A DNA stretch of 64,000 nucleotides. It comes from Spirochaetaceae bacterium (GTDB taxonomy: Bacteria > Spirochaetota > Spirochaetia > DSM-2461). Every line of letters begins with the position of its first letter. Within the stretch, counting starts at the first letter, position 1. The position numbers were made by a program, and so were the translations under genes. Where the stretch lies: assembly GCA_051531975.1 (NCBI GenBank), contig JAOPTT010000006.1:558977-622976 (forward strand), given 5' to 3'. Shown one piece after another: positions 40,778 to 51,317 of the stretch. The notes below the pieces were generated by a model. The model saw nothing but the letters and a program-made list of their open reading frames with translations. It ran no database searches and was not told the DNA's origin.

Positions 40778-43700
40778 TTAAATATTTGATTCTTTACCAC
40801 TTATTTTCTCTATTAACCCATCTAATAGTGCGCCAGTGAATCTTTTCATGTTCTCTGGATTTGAAAATAGGTGCATCTGCATAGATGAGAAGGCATCTCC
40901 ACTATCCATTACTGCATTTTCTACAGCTTTAGGAAAATCCCCTAGAAGTGCTTGGGCTCGACTGTTATTTTTAACTTGAGTCATAACCTGGTTGTTTTCA
41001 CTCATTTTTTCTACTTGGGTTCTATAGAAGTTCAGTTTATCTTTATCCGTTAAGTTCTCATCTGTAAAGATCTCATTTAGCTTTGTTACAATTACAGAGA
41101 GGTAGTCCTCTTTTTTACTTTTACCTTTTCCCGATCCCATCTCTTGTCCTGGGGTTAGGTAACTTGGGTCGTTCTCTTTTAGTTTTATACTCTGTTCTCT
41201 AATTTTAGTTAGTCTATAGTGGCTTAAGAAGACTCCATCTATATCGATGTCTTCCTCTTTGTCTATCTCTAGTTTGAGTAGTGGTTGTAGGTTCCTTGCA
41301 TAGAGACTTAGTTTTTCGTAGTCTCTGTCATTATACTCAACTATCTGGGATATAAACTCGTAGTATCTTACGTATGTCCCTAGGTCTTTTCTAAATATCT
41401 CTAGGTCGTCTTTAGCTTTTTTAGCTTCTTTAAAATCTGTCTCACTATTGGCTATTAATATGGCATTCCCTGTCTTTTTTGCCTCAGATAACATCTGTCC
41501 AGCTTTCTTATAGCTATCTTTAGCTTCTAGGTATCGTTTACTCCATCTGTCTACAGCTGGTCTTGTCATGTTGGATATTTTAGCGTTACTATTTTTCTGA
41601 ATAAGGAAGGCTTCACAGAACATATCTACTTCGTGCCACTGGTATATGTCCATTGATTTAAGTTTTTTAAATAAATCGTCTACAAGTCCTGGATCTGAAA
41701 CGTCACCTAATTCTGCAGTCTGATAATAATCCTGAAATGATAACCTTATATCTTCTGGATCGTTAAAGAAGTCTAAAATGTAGGTTCCACATATTTCTTT
41801 CCCTGGGTAGATCCTGTTCAGTCTAGATAGAGTCTGTACACACTCAACACCTCCAAGCTTTTTATCTACGTACATTGCAACTAGTTTTGGTTGATCAAAT
41901 CCAGTTTGGAATTTATTTGCAACTATCATAACTTGGAAATCATCAGAGTCAAAGGCGGTTCTCATCTCACGTCCCTTTAGTTTTGTATTCATGTTAGATT
42001 CTGTATGTTTTGTATCTTCATCATCTTTAAGGGTAACCTCTCCAGAGAAGGCAATCATTGCATGGATTTTATTGTATCCATGCTTTTTAATATATTTATC
42101 AAAAGCGATTTTATATCTTACAGCCTCTTTTCTAGATCCTGTAACCACCATGGCTTTTGCCTGCCCGTTAAGTAGGTACATTATGTTATCTTTAAAGTGC
42201 TCAATTATTATCTGTACTTTTTGGGATATATTGTAGTCGTGGAGTTTCACCCATTTGTTTAGTTTTACCTGGGCTTTTTTACTCTCTACTAATTTATCGT
42301 TCTCTATTTTCATAGCTAAGTTGTACACTACTTTATAGTTGGTGTAGTTTTTTAATACGTCTAATATAAAGCCCTCTTCTATGGCCTGTCTCATGGAGTA
42401 GACGTGAAATGCTACCGGTAAGTTATCTTTTTTATTTGGTGGTAGTTCTGGGTTTGGTAAGTTTCCAAATAGTTCTAGTGTTTTTGTTTTAGGTGTTGCT
42501 GTAAATGCTAGGTAACTTAGGTTTTTGGATTTTTTCTGAGCTGCTATGGTATTGTCTATTATATCATCGTAGTTTAACTCTTCCTCTCCAGTTCCCTCTG
42601 ATACTAGTACCTCTTTCATCTTTTTTGCTGTAGATCCTGTCTGGGAGGAGTGGGCTTCGTCTGCAATTATTGCGTATGTTCTCTCTTTTAGATTTACACT
42701 GTTCTCTATGGCCCTGAGTACGTGGGGAAAGGTCTGTATAGTTACTATTATTATTGGTTGGGCATTTGTAAGGGCTTCCGCTAATTTCTCAGATTTAGAG
42801 CCTATTCCTACTTTGTTATTTATTCTTCCAACTATTCCTTCGGTCTGGGCAAACTGGGTTATGGTGTCCTGTAACTGGTCATCTAATATTGTTCTATCTG
42901 TAACTATAATTATCGAGTTAAACTGTTTGTTTCCGTCTTGTTTGTAAAGTGCAGAGAGTTGGTGTGCTGTCCAGGCTATGGAGTTGGATTTTCCAGATCC
43001 TGCGCTGTGTTGCACTAGGTATTTTTCCCCAGGTCCATTCTCTTTAGCTGAATTAATTATTTTTGTTACTACGTCCCACTGGTGATACCTTGGAAAGATC
43101 ATGGTCTCTTTTTTATATTTTTGACCTTCGTAGGTCTCTCTCTCTTCTATCTCTAAGTGTATAAATTTAGCAAGAATGTTTAGGATGTTATCTTTGAGTA
43201 GTACTTCATTCCATAGGTAATCTGTTGCGTATCTATCTGCATCCTTAGGAATATCGTTACCCTTCCCTCCATCTTTAGTTCCTCTGTTAAATGGTAGAAA
43301 GTAGGTATCATCCCCTGCTAGTTTTGTTGTCATAAATACTTCGTATTGGCTTACTGCAAAGTGTACCAGTGCCCCTCGCTTAAAGGTTAGTAGTGGTTCT
43401 GTTTTTTTAGTTACTGGGTCTATTGCAAAGCGTGTTTTTTTATACTGTTTTATTGCATTCTCTATATTTTGTTTAAATTCTGATTTTAATTCCATGGTGA
43501 TGATAGGTAGCCCATTTACAAATAGTACTAGGTCTATCCGCCAGCTTTTAGCTTTCTTCCCGGTAATCTCCAACTCTTTAGCTGTTGCCCATGGGCTGTA
43601 AACTAGTTCAGGGACAACACGTAATATGTTTGAGTTATACATGTCTGTTAACTTTTCATTTAATTCGTTTTCTGGCTTAAACTGGCATAGGGTAAATTTA

Positions 43701-44020
43701 CATCCTCTGTCCTTCAGTTCATTTCTAAGCACCCCTAAAGTTCCATAGGTTCTCATTACTTTAGCCGATGAGTTAGGGTCTACTTTATCTAGTTGAGTTG
43801 CTACCTTCTCTAGAAATTTGTTTTCTGTATGAGTAGGATAGAGCTTACAATATTTATCCCACTCTAAGGGCTGAGTAGTTTTAACATAGGCTAGTAGGTC
43901 CGAGCTATAGAGGGCTAGTTCTCTGTTATAATCTGAAGGTTTACCAACTTTCCAACCTTTAGCAACTAACTGACTAATCATATCATTCTGAAATACTTCT
44001 TCTCTTGCTGAATCACTCAT
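40778..44020 (-). CDS. hsdR: Type I restriction enzyme R subunit
   Basis: IDLVLFVNGLP...ELK nuclease motif, HSAGSGKS, DEAH, FTATP, QTGFDQP, QTLSRLNR. Confidence 0.96.
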   Translation of the reverse strand: MSDSAREEVFQNDMISQLVAKGWKVGKPSDYNRELALYSSDLLAYVKTTQPLEWDKYCKLYPTHTENKFLEKVATQLDKVDPNSSAKVMRTYGTLGVLRNELKDRGCKFTLCQFKPENELNEKLTDMYNSNILRVVPELVYSPWATAKELEITGKKAKSWRIDLVLFVNGLPIITMELKSEFKQNIENAIKQYKKTRFAIDPVTKKTEPLLTFKRGALVHFAVSQYEVFMTTKLAGDDTYFLPFNRGTKDGGKGNDIPKDADRYATDYLWNEVLLKDNILNILAKFIHLEIEERETYEGQKYKKETMIFPRYHQWDVVTKIINSAKENGPGEKYLVQHSAGSGKSNSIAWTAHQLSALYKQDGNKQFNSIIIVTDRTILDDQLQDTITQFAQTEGIVGRINNKVGIGSKSEKLAEALTNAQPIIIVTIQTFPHVLRAIENSVNLKERTYAIIADEAHSSQTGSTAKKMKEVLVSEGTGEEELNYDDIIDNTIAAQKKSKNLSYLAFTATPKTKTLELFGNLPNPELPPNKKDNLPVAFHVYSMRQAIEEGFILDVLKNYTNYKVVYNLAMKIENDKLVESKKAQVKLNKWVKLHDYNISQKVQIIIEHFKDNIMYLLNGQAKAMVVTGSRKEAVRYKIAFDKYIKKHGYNKIHAMIAFSGEVTLKDDEDTKHTESNMNTKLKGREMRTAFDSDDFQVMIVANKFQTGFDQPKLVAMYVDKKLGGVECVQTLSRLNRIYPGKEICGTYILDFFNDPEDIRLSFQDYYQTAELGDVSDPGLVDDLFKKLKSMDIYQWHEVDMFCEAFLIQKNSNAKISNMTRPAVDRWSKRYLEAKDSYKKAGQMLSEAKKTGNAILIANSETDFKEAKKAKDDLEIFRKDLGTYVRYYEFISQIVEYNDRDYEKLSLYARNLQPLLKLEIDKEEDIDIDGVFLSHYRLTKIREQSIKLKENDPSYLTPGQEMGSGKGKSKKEDYLSVIVTKLNEIFTDENLTDKDKLNFYRTQVEKMSENNQVMTQVKNNSRAQALLGDFPKAVENAVMDSGDAFSSMQMHLFSNPENMKRFTGALLDGLIEKISGKESNI

Positions 44021-44179
44021 TTTAAATCCTTTTTAAATAAACTTGTAACCTTATAAATCTTTCTAGCTGACCTAGCATCATAAACTTAGAGCATATATTT
44101 CAACTATTTTAAACTTTTTCTAACCAAATTAGTCACTTAAATAATTTTAAACAGAAATGATTAAAATTTAACATATTAT

Positions 44180-44300
44180 TTGTAATCCACTATAAATCTC
44201 CCAAACGTCTTCATAGAAGTGAATCCCTCCCATCTTTACCAGTAGCAAGCTTACATTCGAGGTCTATGCCTTTTTTTAGTTCAATAATAATTAACTTCAT
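44180..44300 (-). pseudogene. Remnant of a Schlafen/AlbA_2-domain gene N-terminus
   Basis: DLECKLATGKDGR.. then, frameshifted, DVWEIYS, resembling the E.K.A.G.DG.G.LP...W.TYSAFAN start of AlbA_2 proteins. Confidence 0.5.
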
Positions 44301-44303
44301 TTA

Positions 44304-46730
44304 TCACCTCACACCAGTCCATTCACTATCCAATTTTACAAACTTTTTGAAAATGGCAGTGTTACCATACTTTTCTTTAATATAAGACTTATTTTCTTTT
44401 ACCAATTTACTTATTATGCGACTATCTTCTGTAATGTCATTATGATAAGTAATAAAACCTTTTATGAATTGATCATTTTTAACATTATCATGGAAAATTT
44501 TTGATATAGATGTTATTAATAGATCGTTATTTTGGGGATGATTTTCGATAGTTTTAATAGGAGATGAATTTTCTACATCAATAATATTATCCACTTCATC
44601 ATAATTCAAATAAAATTCTATAACATATTTTGTGAACAGATTAAAGGCACGATCTGTAAATGGATACTCCATTTTTCTAAGTTCAGAAAAAAATAAATAA
44701 GGCAACTTTATTTTAAATATTATATTTAAATCTTCAACTAATAGAAACTCAACTAAACTATCAATTTCATCAGTATAAGAATCAATAAAATCATTTTCTA
44801 GTTCTAGGTATACCTCAATTAGTTTTTGGATACTACCACCAACATCACTATAAAAGTTACCCACAAATTCATCTAAATCATATAATTTATTTATATTACC
44901 TAGCTCAAGCCCTACAATATAATCTATAAGTTTCAACAACGTGATTTTTTTTTCAACAATAGTTTCACTTATAAGTTTTCTATATAAAAATTTAAAAATA
45001 TCTTCTCGCATAAAATCAAAAACTGGATCAGATATAACTTTTTTCAATTCATCAAAACTATACATATTCAAATTTTCAATAATGCAACTTATTTCATGAA
45101 TCAAAATTGATGCTATAGGGATACTATAACTAGAATAATTATCAAAATAGAGTAATAAACTCTTATTAATATCAATATATTTTCTTCCCCCATAATTAAA
45201 TAGATCTCTAAATAAGGATTTGAGATTACTATTTGTAAGAATAGCTTTCAAATTTGGATATTCAATGAGTATTTCTGAAGATTCTTTATCGTTTATATAA
45301 TTACTGTGTAATGCGAGTTTCTTTAACTTTTCTAAATATGTTTCATCTATTAGTATAAAGTCCGGATACTTTAGCATCATAATGGAGGCTATCGCTAATT
45401 TTTTATTAGACATTTTTAGTTCATCGAGGTGCTTAAATTCATAACTTGAATCATCCATATTTTTGATAATATTTATACTCATTTCTGTAATTGATTTTTG
45501 CTGTAAAAACGCTATATTTAGTCTAGATAAATAGATCTTTATATCCCTAATATTTGACAATGACTCTTTAACTGCAACCGTAATGTCATTAATGTCAGCA
45601 ATTATTCCCTGCTTATTCAGTATAATACTATTTTCCTCAAATAGTTTATTAAATAACATTGATTTCTCCATTGAATCAAACATAGGAATAGTTCTATCGA
45701 ATTGGAAAAACTTTTCTAAGTATAGTTTATCCGTACCTATTTTGGAGCATACTTGATCTCTGTCCAAGGCTGATATAAATATTAGGTTGGTTAATCTGCC
45801 TGAATTTCTAATAATCTTTAATATTGCTAATAGTTCATCTTTTTCTAATCTATCTAAGTCGTCTATAAAAACTATAATTTTCTTTTTGTAGTCTCTTAAA
45901 CCACTATCTATAGCGTCGTATATATCATTTTGATTGAGGTTATTTGAGAAGCTGTGTATAAGCCTATTAAATGAGTTTGAATCTGGAAGTAAAACAGAAA
46001 TATATTTGTGTATAGACCTATTTAGTTGCCTATCAGACGCTACTAAATCAGCTAATAATGAAAAAAATGTCCGTGTAATACTATCTGGAGAGTCACACCG
46101 CCAAGGGTAAAACTCCAATATTTCATAATTTGATTTCTTTGATAATAGTTTCTCTTTTATCAAGTTTAAAAAACTTGATTTACCAGAACCCCACTCTCCA
46201 GAAATAGAGATGCTTAAACTGTTTTCTGTATGTGTTTCTATAATTGGCATGAAACTTTTTAATAGATACTTAAAGCAGTCTCTTTTATTATCTTTAAGTG
46301 TAGTTATTTCACTGTCATTATTAATAATATCAAAACTATCTGTATCAGTATCTGATTTACGAATCCCCACCAATTTTGCAAATAATCCCCACAGAAATAA
46401 ATGAGTAACAACATAAAAAATTAAAATAGGTAATGGTTTAAATATTGTTGTTAATTCACCTAGGGTAACTGTAAAGACAATAAATACAAACAAGAATATT
46501 ACATCATGTTTTTTGTGTTTATTTATCCAAATAAAATAGAAGTAGATAAAAACCATTATAGTTATAGGAACAATATATAGAGTAATTAATTCACCATTAG
46601 ATTCCTCGATGTATTTAACAACAACTTTTAGATTAGCAATTTTTTTATATATGTATTCTGAAAAGCTAATAAAGAGTAATAAAAATATTGTTAGAAATGT
46701 ATAAAAAGCTACATTTTTATGTGTTTTCAT
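44304..46730 (-). CDS. KAP-family P-loop NTPase with N-terminal TM helices
   Basis: GEWGSGKS, F.PW, VFIDDLDRL, YLEKFFQ, NIRDIK; ATGA overlap with hsdS. Confidence 0.9.
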   Translation of the reverse strand: MKTHKNVAFYTFLTIFLLLFISFSEYIYKKIANLKVVVKYIEESNGELITLYIVPITIMVFIYFYFIWINKHKKHDVIFLFVFIVFTVTLGELTTIFKPLPILIFYVVTHLFLWGLFAKLVGIRKSDTDTDSFDIINNDSEITTLKDNKRDCFKYLLKSFMPIIETHTENSLSISISGEWGSGKSSFLNLIKEKLLSKKSNYEILEFYPWRCDSPDSITRTFFSLLADLVASDRQLNRSIHKYISVLLPDSNSFNRLIHSFSNNLNQNDIYDAIDSGLRDYKKKIIVFIDDLDRLEKDELLAILKIIRNSGRLTNLIFISALDRDQVCSKIGTDKLYLEKFFQFDRTIPMFDSMEKSMLFNKLFEENSIILNKQGIIADINDITVAVKESLSNIRDIKIYLSRLNIAFLQQKSITEMSINIIKNMDDSSYEFKHLDELKMSNKKLAIASIMMLKYPDFILIDETYLEKLKKLALHSNYINDKESSEILIEYPNLKAILTNSNLKSLFRDLFNYGGRKYIDINKSLLLYFDNYSSYSIPIASILIHEISCIIENLNMYSFDELKKVISDPVFDFMREDIFKFLYRKLISETIVEKKITLLKLIDYIVGLELGNINKLYDLDEFVGNFYSDVGGSIQKLIEVYLELENDFIDSYTDEIDSLVEFLLVEDLNIIFKIKLPYLFFSELRKMEYPFTDRAFNLFTKYVIEFYLNYDEVDNIIDVENSSPIKTIENHPQNNDLLITSISKIFHDNVKNDQFIKGFITYHNDITEDSRIISKLVKENKSYIKEKYGNTAIFKKFVKLDSEWTGVR

Positions 46731-48064
46731 TCTGTTCTCTTCCCATCTCTAACATCGATCTTACCTGTTACTACAGCAGAGATTAGGGAAGTTCTACGTT
46801 CTTTTAGAAGATTGATTGCTTTTTTTATTTTTATATCTGCTTTATTAGAAATATTAACAAATTTTTCTATATGTTTAACAATTTCTTGTTGTTCTTCATA
46901 GGAAGGGAATACTGCTTTAATAGCACTAATTCTATCAATATTTAAATTGGCTTGAGTACTTTGTGTTGAAGTTTGTTCTAGTGCGGGAAATGCTGCATTT
47001 AAACTATATCTTAAATATTCTAAGTCAATATTTGAATTTGGTTTGAATCCGACGATACTATCAGGAGCATATGCTTCAAAACCTAGCACTGCTGTGTCTC
47101 CTATATTAGCTGCGATTGTCATGACAAGAGTACCAGCTGGAAACTTCTGACTTACACTAATACCTCTTTCATTTAAAGTTTGTTTGTAAGTTGTAATTTT
47201 TTTTCCTGCATTAGCAACATCCCCTGTTTGAATGAATGGGTAGACTCCATTGTAGAATCTTTGATCATTTCTTGGGCGATGACCAAATTTACCTCTATAT
47301 ATTTGAGTTGCATATCTATAGTTTTTTATCCCCCAATGTTCTGGAACTTCTCCCAACCAATCAACTCCTGAATCTTTCATAGGTGTATCTGGATTAAGAC
47401 CCTTAGTTACAGCATGGCTAATAACAGCCTGTCTTTTCTCTTTAAGGAGTTCAATTAGTTTTTGTTGTTTTCCAATTAGGGTATCAATTTTAGAAGTTTC
47501 TATAGTTAAAAAGTCATCAATATTTGATTGTTCTGAGAAATATGGCATAGCATAATCAAAGTTAACAAATGTATCCTGATATAAATGGACAATTGTGCTT
47601 CCTATTTTATTATAGTCTACAAAAGTTTTAAATACATCAGATTGTAATAGCCAAAAATAAAACCTACTTATATAATTATTTTTTAAAGGTCGAACTACAA
47701 AAACTCCACTATTAAGGGTTGCTTTACCAATAAGGTTATTTACTAATGCAATTTTTCCTATAGTACCATCTTTAGTTAGTAGAAGATCTCCATTTTTTAA
47801 CTGAATGTAGGGATCTTGTTCATACCTTTCAATGTCACAATGATAACATTCTTTCCACATTATTTCAGGACCTTTAAAATCTGATCCTGTAATTAGATAG
47901 GGTCCTTGTTCTGTGAAATCATCTGAATTTAATCCATGCCAACCAACTCTTGCCTTAACATATGTTTCATATTTTACTTTAGTTTTATTCCAATGTGTTG
48001 GGAAAAAGCCAATCCACTCAACACAACTATCTTTATAATCAGGATAAGTTTTATATCTACCCAT
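46727..48064 (-). CDS. hsdS: Type I R-M specificity subunit
   Basis: YKDS.VEWIG..P.HW and MKDSGVDWLGEVPEHW repeats, two TRDs, LKE.R...IS.AVT spacers. Confidence 0.96.
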   Translation of the reverse strand: MGRYKTYPDYKDSCVEWIGFFPTHWNKTKVKYETYVKARVGWHGLNSDDFTEQGPYLITGSDFKGPEIMWKECYHCDIERYEQDPYIQLKNGDLLLTKDGTIGKIALVNNLIGKATLNSGVFVVRPLKNNYISRFYFWLLQSDVFKTFVDYNKIGSTIVHLYQDTFVNFDYAMPYFSEQSNIDDFLTIETSKIDTLIGKQQKLIELLKEKRQAVISHAVTKGLNPDTPMKDSGVDWLGEVPEHWGIKNYRYATQIYRGKFGHRPRNDQRFYNGVYPFIQTGDVANAGKKITTYKQTLNERGISVSQKFPAGTLVMTIAANIGDTAVLGFEAYAPDSIVGFKPNSNIDLEYLRYSLNAAFPALEQTSTQSTQANLNIDRISAIKAVFPSYEEQQEIVKHIEKFVNISNKADIKIKKAINLLKERRTSLISAVVTGKIDVRDGKRTE

Positions 48065-50346
48065 TATGAATGAACCTCTTTTAATAGCTTCATTATCTCT
48101 GAACTAATTTGGTCTAATTCAGAATCGATCTCTTCTAATGGTCTTTGTGGTGTATACACATAGAAGTGCCTGTTAAATGGTATCTCGTATCCAACAATTC
48201 CAATATCATTATCTTTATCATCTATTTTAGTATCATTTATCCATGCTTCGGTCACATGGGGTAATACTTCTTTTATAAAGTACTCTTCATTTAGTTGGTT
48301 TACAGGTTTAGATGGGTCTAATGATACATTTTCATTATCTCTTAAATCTCCATCCTGTTTATATTCTATAATCTGACCATCTACATCAAATAGCCCATAC
48401 AGAGGATTAGGTTTAGTATTTTTATGAGTCTTTCTAATAACCTTCTCTGCATCTGGGTTCTTCCAAGAAACAGCAGCTGTTATTAACTTCTTCTCTTTAG
48501 CATCTAATTTAATACCTGTATTTTTAAGTATTTCTTCATACTTATTCATATCATTAAACTGTTCATAACCTATAGCTTGATTAAGTTCTTTAGCCTTTAA
48601 GAGAACATTATTATTATCATCCCAGATTTTACTATCTAATAAGTCTTTAATTTGTTTCTCTTTTAAGGTAGCAAAGTTCGTTTTTATATAAGCTCTAATT
48701 TCAATTTCATTCTCTTTATAAATATTGTTAACTTCACCATAGGTTTTATACATCCATTTCATTGGTGCTTCTAATGGTTTATTTGAATAACGTAAAGTTT
48801 CTATATTTTCGTCTGAGAATTGGAAAGACTCTCTTAATGGTCTCTCTATAGTTATTCTTCTATAACCAAACTCATAATAGTTGAATATTTTAGATGCAAA
48901 AGTTTTAGGATTCGCTTTTTTACTATTCTCAGATTGCCGTCCTCTGTTACTTTTAACATCTTCTGGTTTATCTAATACTTTTGTTTCTACAGCTTCATAG
49001 TTTCCAAAACATCTTGTAATCTCTTTTATATCATTCTCATCCATAATGTTTCTTTTAGAACCAAGGGACTTTCTCATTTTACCACAAAGGTTTAGACCAT
49101 TAATAAGTTGTACTTTACCTTTCTTCTCAGATGTCTTTTTGTTGGATAAGATCCATACATATGTTGCTATACCGGTGTTGTAAAACATATCGTTAGGTAG
49201 AGCTACAATAGTTTCAAGTAGATCAGACTCTAATATATATCTTCTTATCTCTGATTCACCAGAACCAGCACCACCTGTAAATAGTGGGGAACCATTAAGA
49301 ATAATTCCAATTCTACCACCACCTTCAGAAGTATCTCTTAATTTACTTATTAAGTGCATTAAGAATAGTAAGGAACCATCTGATACTCTTGGTAGTCCTG
49401 GTCCAAATCTACCAGCAAAACCTTTTAAACTGTTTTCATCTTTAATAGATGCTTCAATCTTTTTCCAATCAACACCAAATGGAGGGTTTGATAACATATA
49501 GTCAAACTTATCAGAGTATAATTGATCATCTGAGAGAGTATTTCCTAATTTAATATTTGATACATCCTGACCTTTGATTAACATATCCGCTTTACAGATA
49601 GCATAACTTTCAGGGTTAAGTTCCTGACCAAATGCTCTCATTACAGCTTTAGGGTTCAGTTCATAAACATATTCCATCCCAGAGGATAGAAACCCACCTG
49701 TACCAGCTGTTGGATCATATATTGTTCTAATTATTCCGGGTTTAGTAAGCGCTTCATCATCTTCCATGAATACAAGTGATGTTGTTAACCTTACTATATC
49801 TCTTGGTGTAAAGTGCTCACCTGCAGTCTCATTTGAACTCTCTGCAAACTTTCTGATTAACTCTTCAAAAACAAGACCCATTTCGTAGTTTGAAACAACT
49901 TCCGGATGTAGGTCTGTTGATTTAACCTTTTGTACTATTTTATATAGAAGGTTAGCATCATTAAGCTGACCTATAAAATCTGTAAATTTAAAGTGTTCAA
50001 ATATTTCCCTAGCATCAGCTGAAAAAGATTGAATATATGATTCTAGGTTAGCAGCTATATTAGATTCACCAAGTTTGGAGAGATCCATCTTGGATGTATT
50101 AAAAAATGATAGTACACCAGTAGCTCTTAAAAGGAATTTATCCTTTGCTTCTTCTGGTAGTTCCATAGATTTAAGTTTTTCATCCTGTTCAATAACTGCT
50201 TCTTTACTATCTTCTAAAACACACTCTAATCTTCTTAGAAGTGTAAAAGGTAAAATTATTCTACCGTACTGACTCTGTTTGAAATCACCTCGTAATATAT
50301 CGGCGATTGACCATATATATGTTGCTAGATTATTTGTGTTTGACAT
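48064..50346 (-). CDS. hsdM: Type I R-M N6-adenine methyltransferase
   Basis: [40 protein letters not shown]. Confidence 0.96.
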   Translation of the reverse strand: MSNTNNLATYIWSIADILRGDFKQSQYGRIILPFTLLRRLECVLEDSKEAVIEQDEKLKSMELPEEAKDKFLLRATGVLSFFNTSKMDLSKLGESNIAANLESYIQSFSADAREIFEHFKFTDFIGQLNDANLLYKIVQKVKSTDLHPEVVSNYEMGLVFEELIRKFAESSNETAGEHFTPRDIVRLTTSLVFMEDDEALTKPGIIRTIYDPTAGTGGFLSSGMEYVYELNPKAVMRAFGQELNPESYAICKADMLIKGQDVSNIKLGNTLSDDQLYSDKFDYMLSNPPFGVDWKKIEASIKDENSLKGFAGRFGPGLPRVSDGSLLFLMHLISKLRDTSEGGGRIGIILNGSPLFTGGAGSGESEIRRYILESDLLETIVALPNDMFYNTGIATYVWILSNKKTSEKKGKVQLINGLNLCGKMRKSLGSKRNIMDENDIKEITRCFGNYEAVETKVLDKPEDVKSNRGRQSENSKKANPKTFASKIFNYYEFGYRRITIERPLRESFQFSDENIETLRYSNKPLEAPMKWMYKTYGEVNNIYKENEIEIRAYIKTNFATLKEKQIKDLLDSKIWDDNNNVLLKAKELNQAIGYEQFNDMNKYEEILKNTGIKLDAKEKKLITAAVSWKNPDAEKVIRKTHKNTKPNPLYGLFDVDGQIIEYKQDGDLRDNENVSLDPSKPVNQLNEEYFIKEVLPHVTEAWINDTKIDDKDNDIGIVGYEIPFNRHFYVYTPQRPLEEIDSELDQISSEIMKLLKEVHS

Positions 50347-50365
50347 TACTAATTCCTCTTATTTT

Positions 50366-51100
50366 TTAAAATGACTTTAATAATCTATTTAAAGATTTAA
50401 TCTTTTGTATTTCAGCTGTAGAAATACCTCCAGGTCTAAAGTGCATTATTTTATTTCTTATATCCTTGACTTCAATCAAGAGAATATTCAATTGTTTTTT
50501 ATCTACAGTAGTATTAACTTTCTCCCAGACATGATCAATATTTAGTAGTGTTATATATTCATTGAATGTTAGATCTGAAATATTACTTCTTGCCCTTTTA
50601 TTTTCTTTATTTAGAGAAAATTCCAATTCACTTGAAGACACATTATTTTCCAATATTTGTCTTAATAGAGTCTCGCATTCCCCAGCTAAAATAAAACCTT
50701 GTGATACTTCTATAAATAGAGAACTGATATCACTGGTTGTTAGTATTCCTACAATTCCGTTAGAGTTAGGAGATTTTATTAGGGCATATTCATTTTCATT
50801 TACAACTTCAATAGCCTTCATCACTGAATCCCTTGTAGAGATGTAGACAGGACTTTCCATAAAGTCTTTAACCAAAGAGTTTTCGTTAATTTTATTCTGA
50901 TTTCGTAATAATGATTTCAAAGTGATAACTCCACTTGCGGAACCTTTTACATTTTTCATTACAGGCAATTGTGAAAAGTTGTTAATTATCATCTTAGTTC
51001 TTGCTGAGTTTAAAGTTTCTTCACCTTTTATACTTTCTGGTTCATTCCATTCATTTATAAAATAACCAATAGTGAAATTAACATCATCATTACTATGCAT
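50366..51100 (-). CDS. CBS-pair plus Swt1-like HEPN domain protein
   Basis: FSQLPV, GVIT..SL, V.DFM, VGILT.SD (CBS pair); E..LR, LTFNEY, IRNKIMH (HEPN RxxxxH). Confidence 0.8.
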   Translation of the reverse strand: MHSNDDVNFTIGYFINEWNEPESIKGEETLNSARTKMIINNFSQLPVMKNVKGSASGVITLKSLLRNQNKINENSLVKDFMESPVYISTRDSVMKAIEVVNENEYALIKSPNSNGIVGILTTSDISSLFIEVSQGFILAGECETLLRQILENNVSSSELEFSLNKENKRARSNISDLTFNEYITLLNIDHVWEKVNTTVDKKQLNILLIEVKDIRNKIMHFRPGGISTAEIQKIKSLNRLLKSF

Positions 51101-51317
51101 TATTTACCTTTCCATTTAATTTATATGAAATTTTCAACTATATATTTTTATTTATTATACACCTATGATTGCAATTTACAATATAAGTTATTCAGATTCA
51201 ATTTTTATCTTGAAACAAGATTAACTTCAACATTTATAAGATTTATCTTTTCTGTATTATCAATATTCACATATTTAACCCATATGTGCATGAATCAACT
51301 AAACTTAAAAAAAACAA

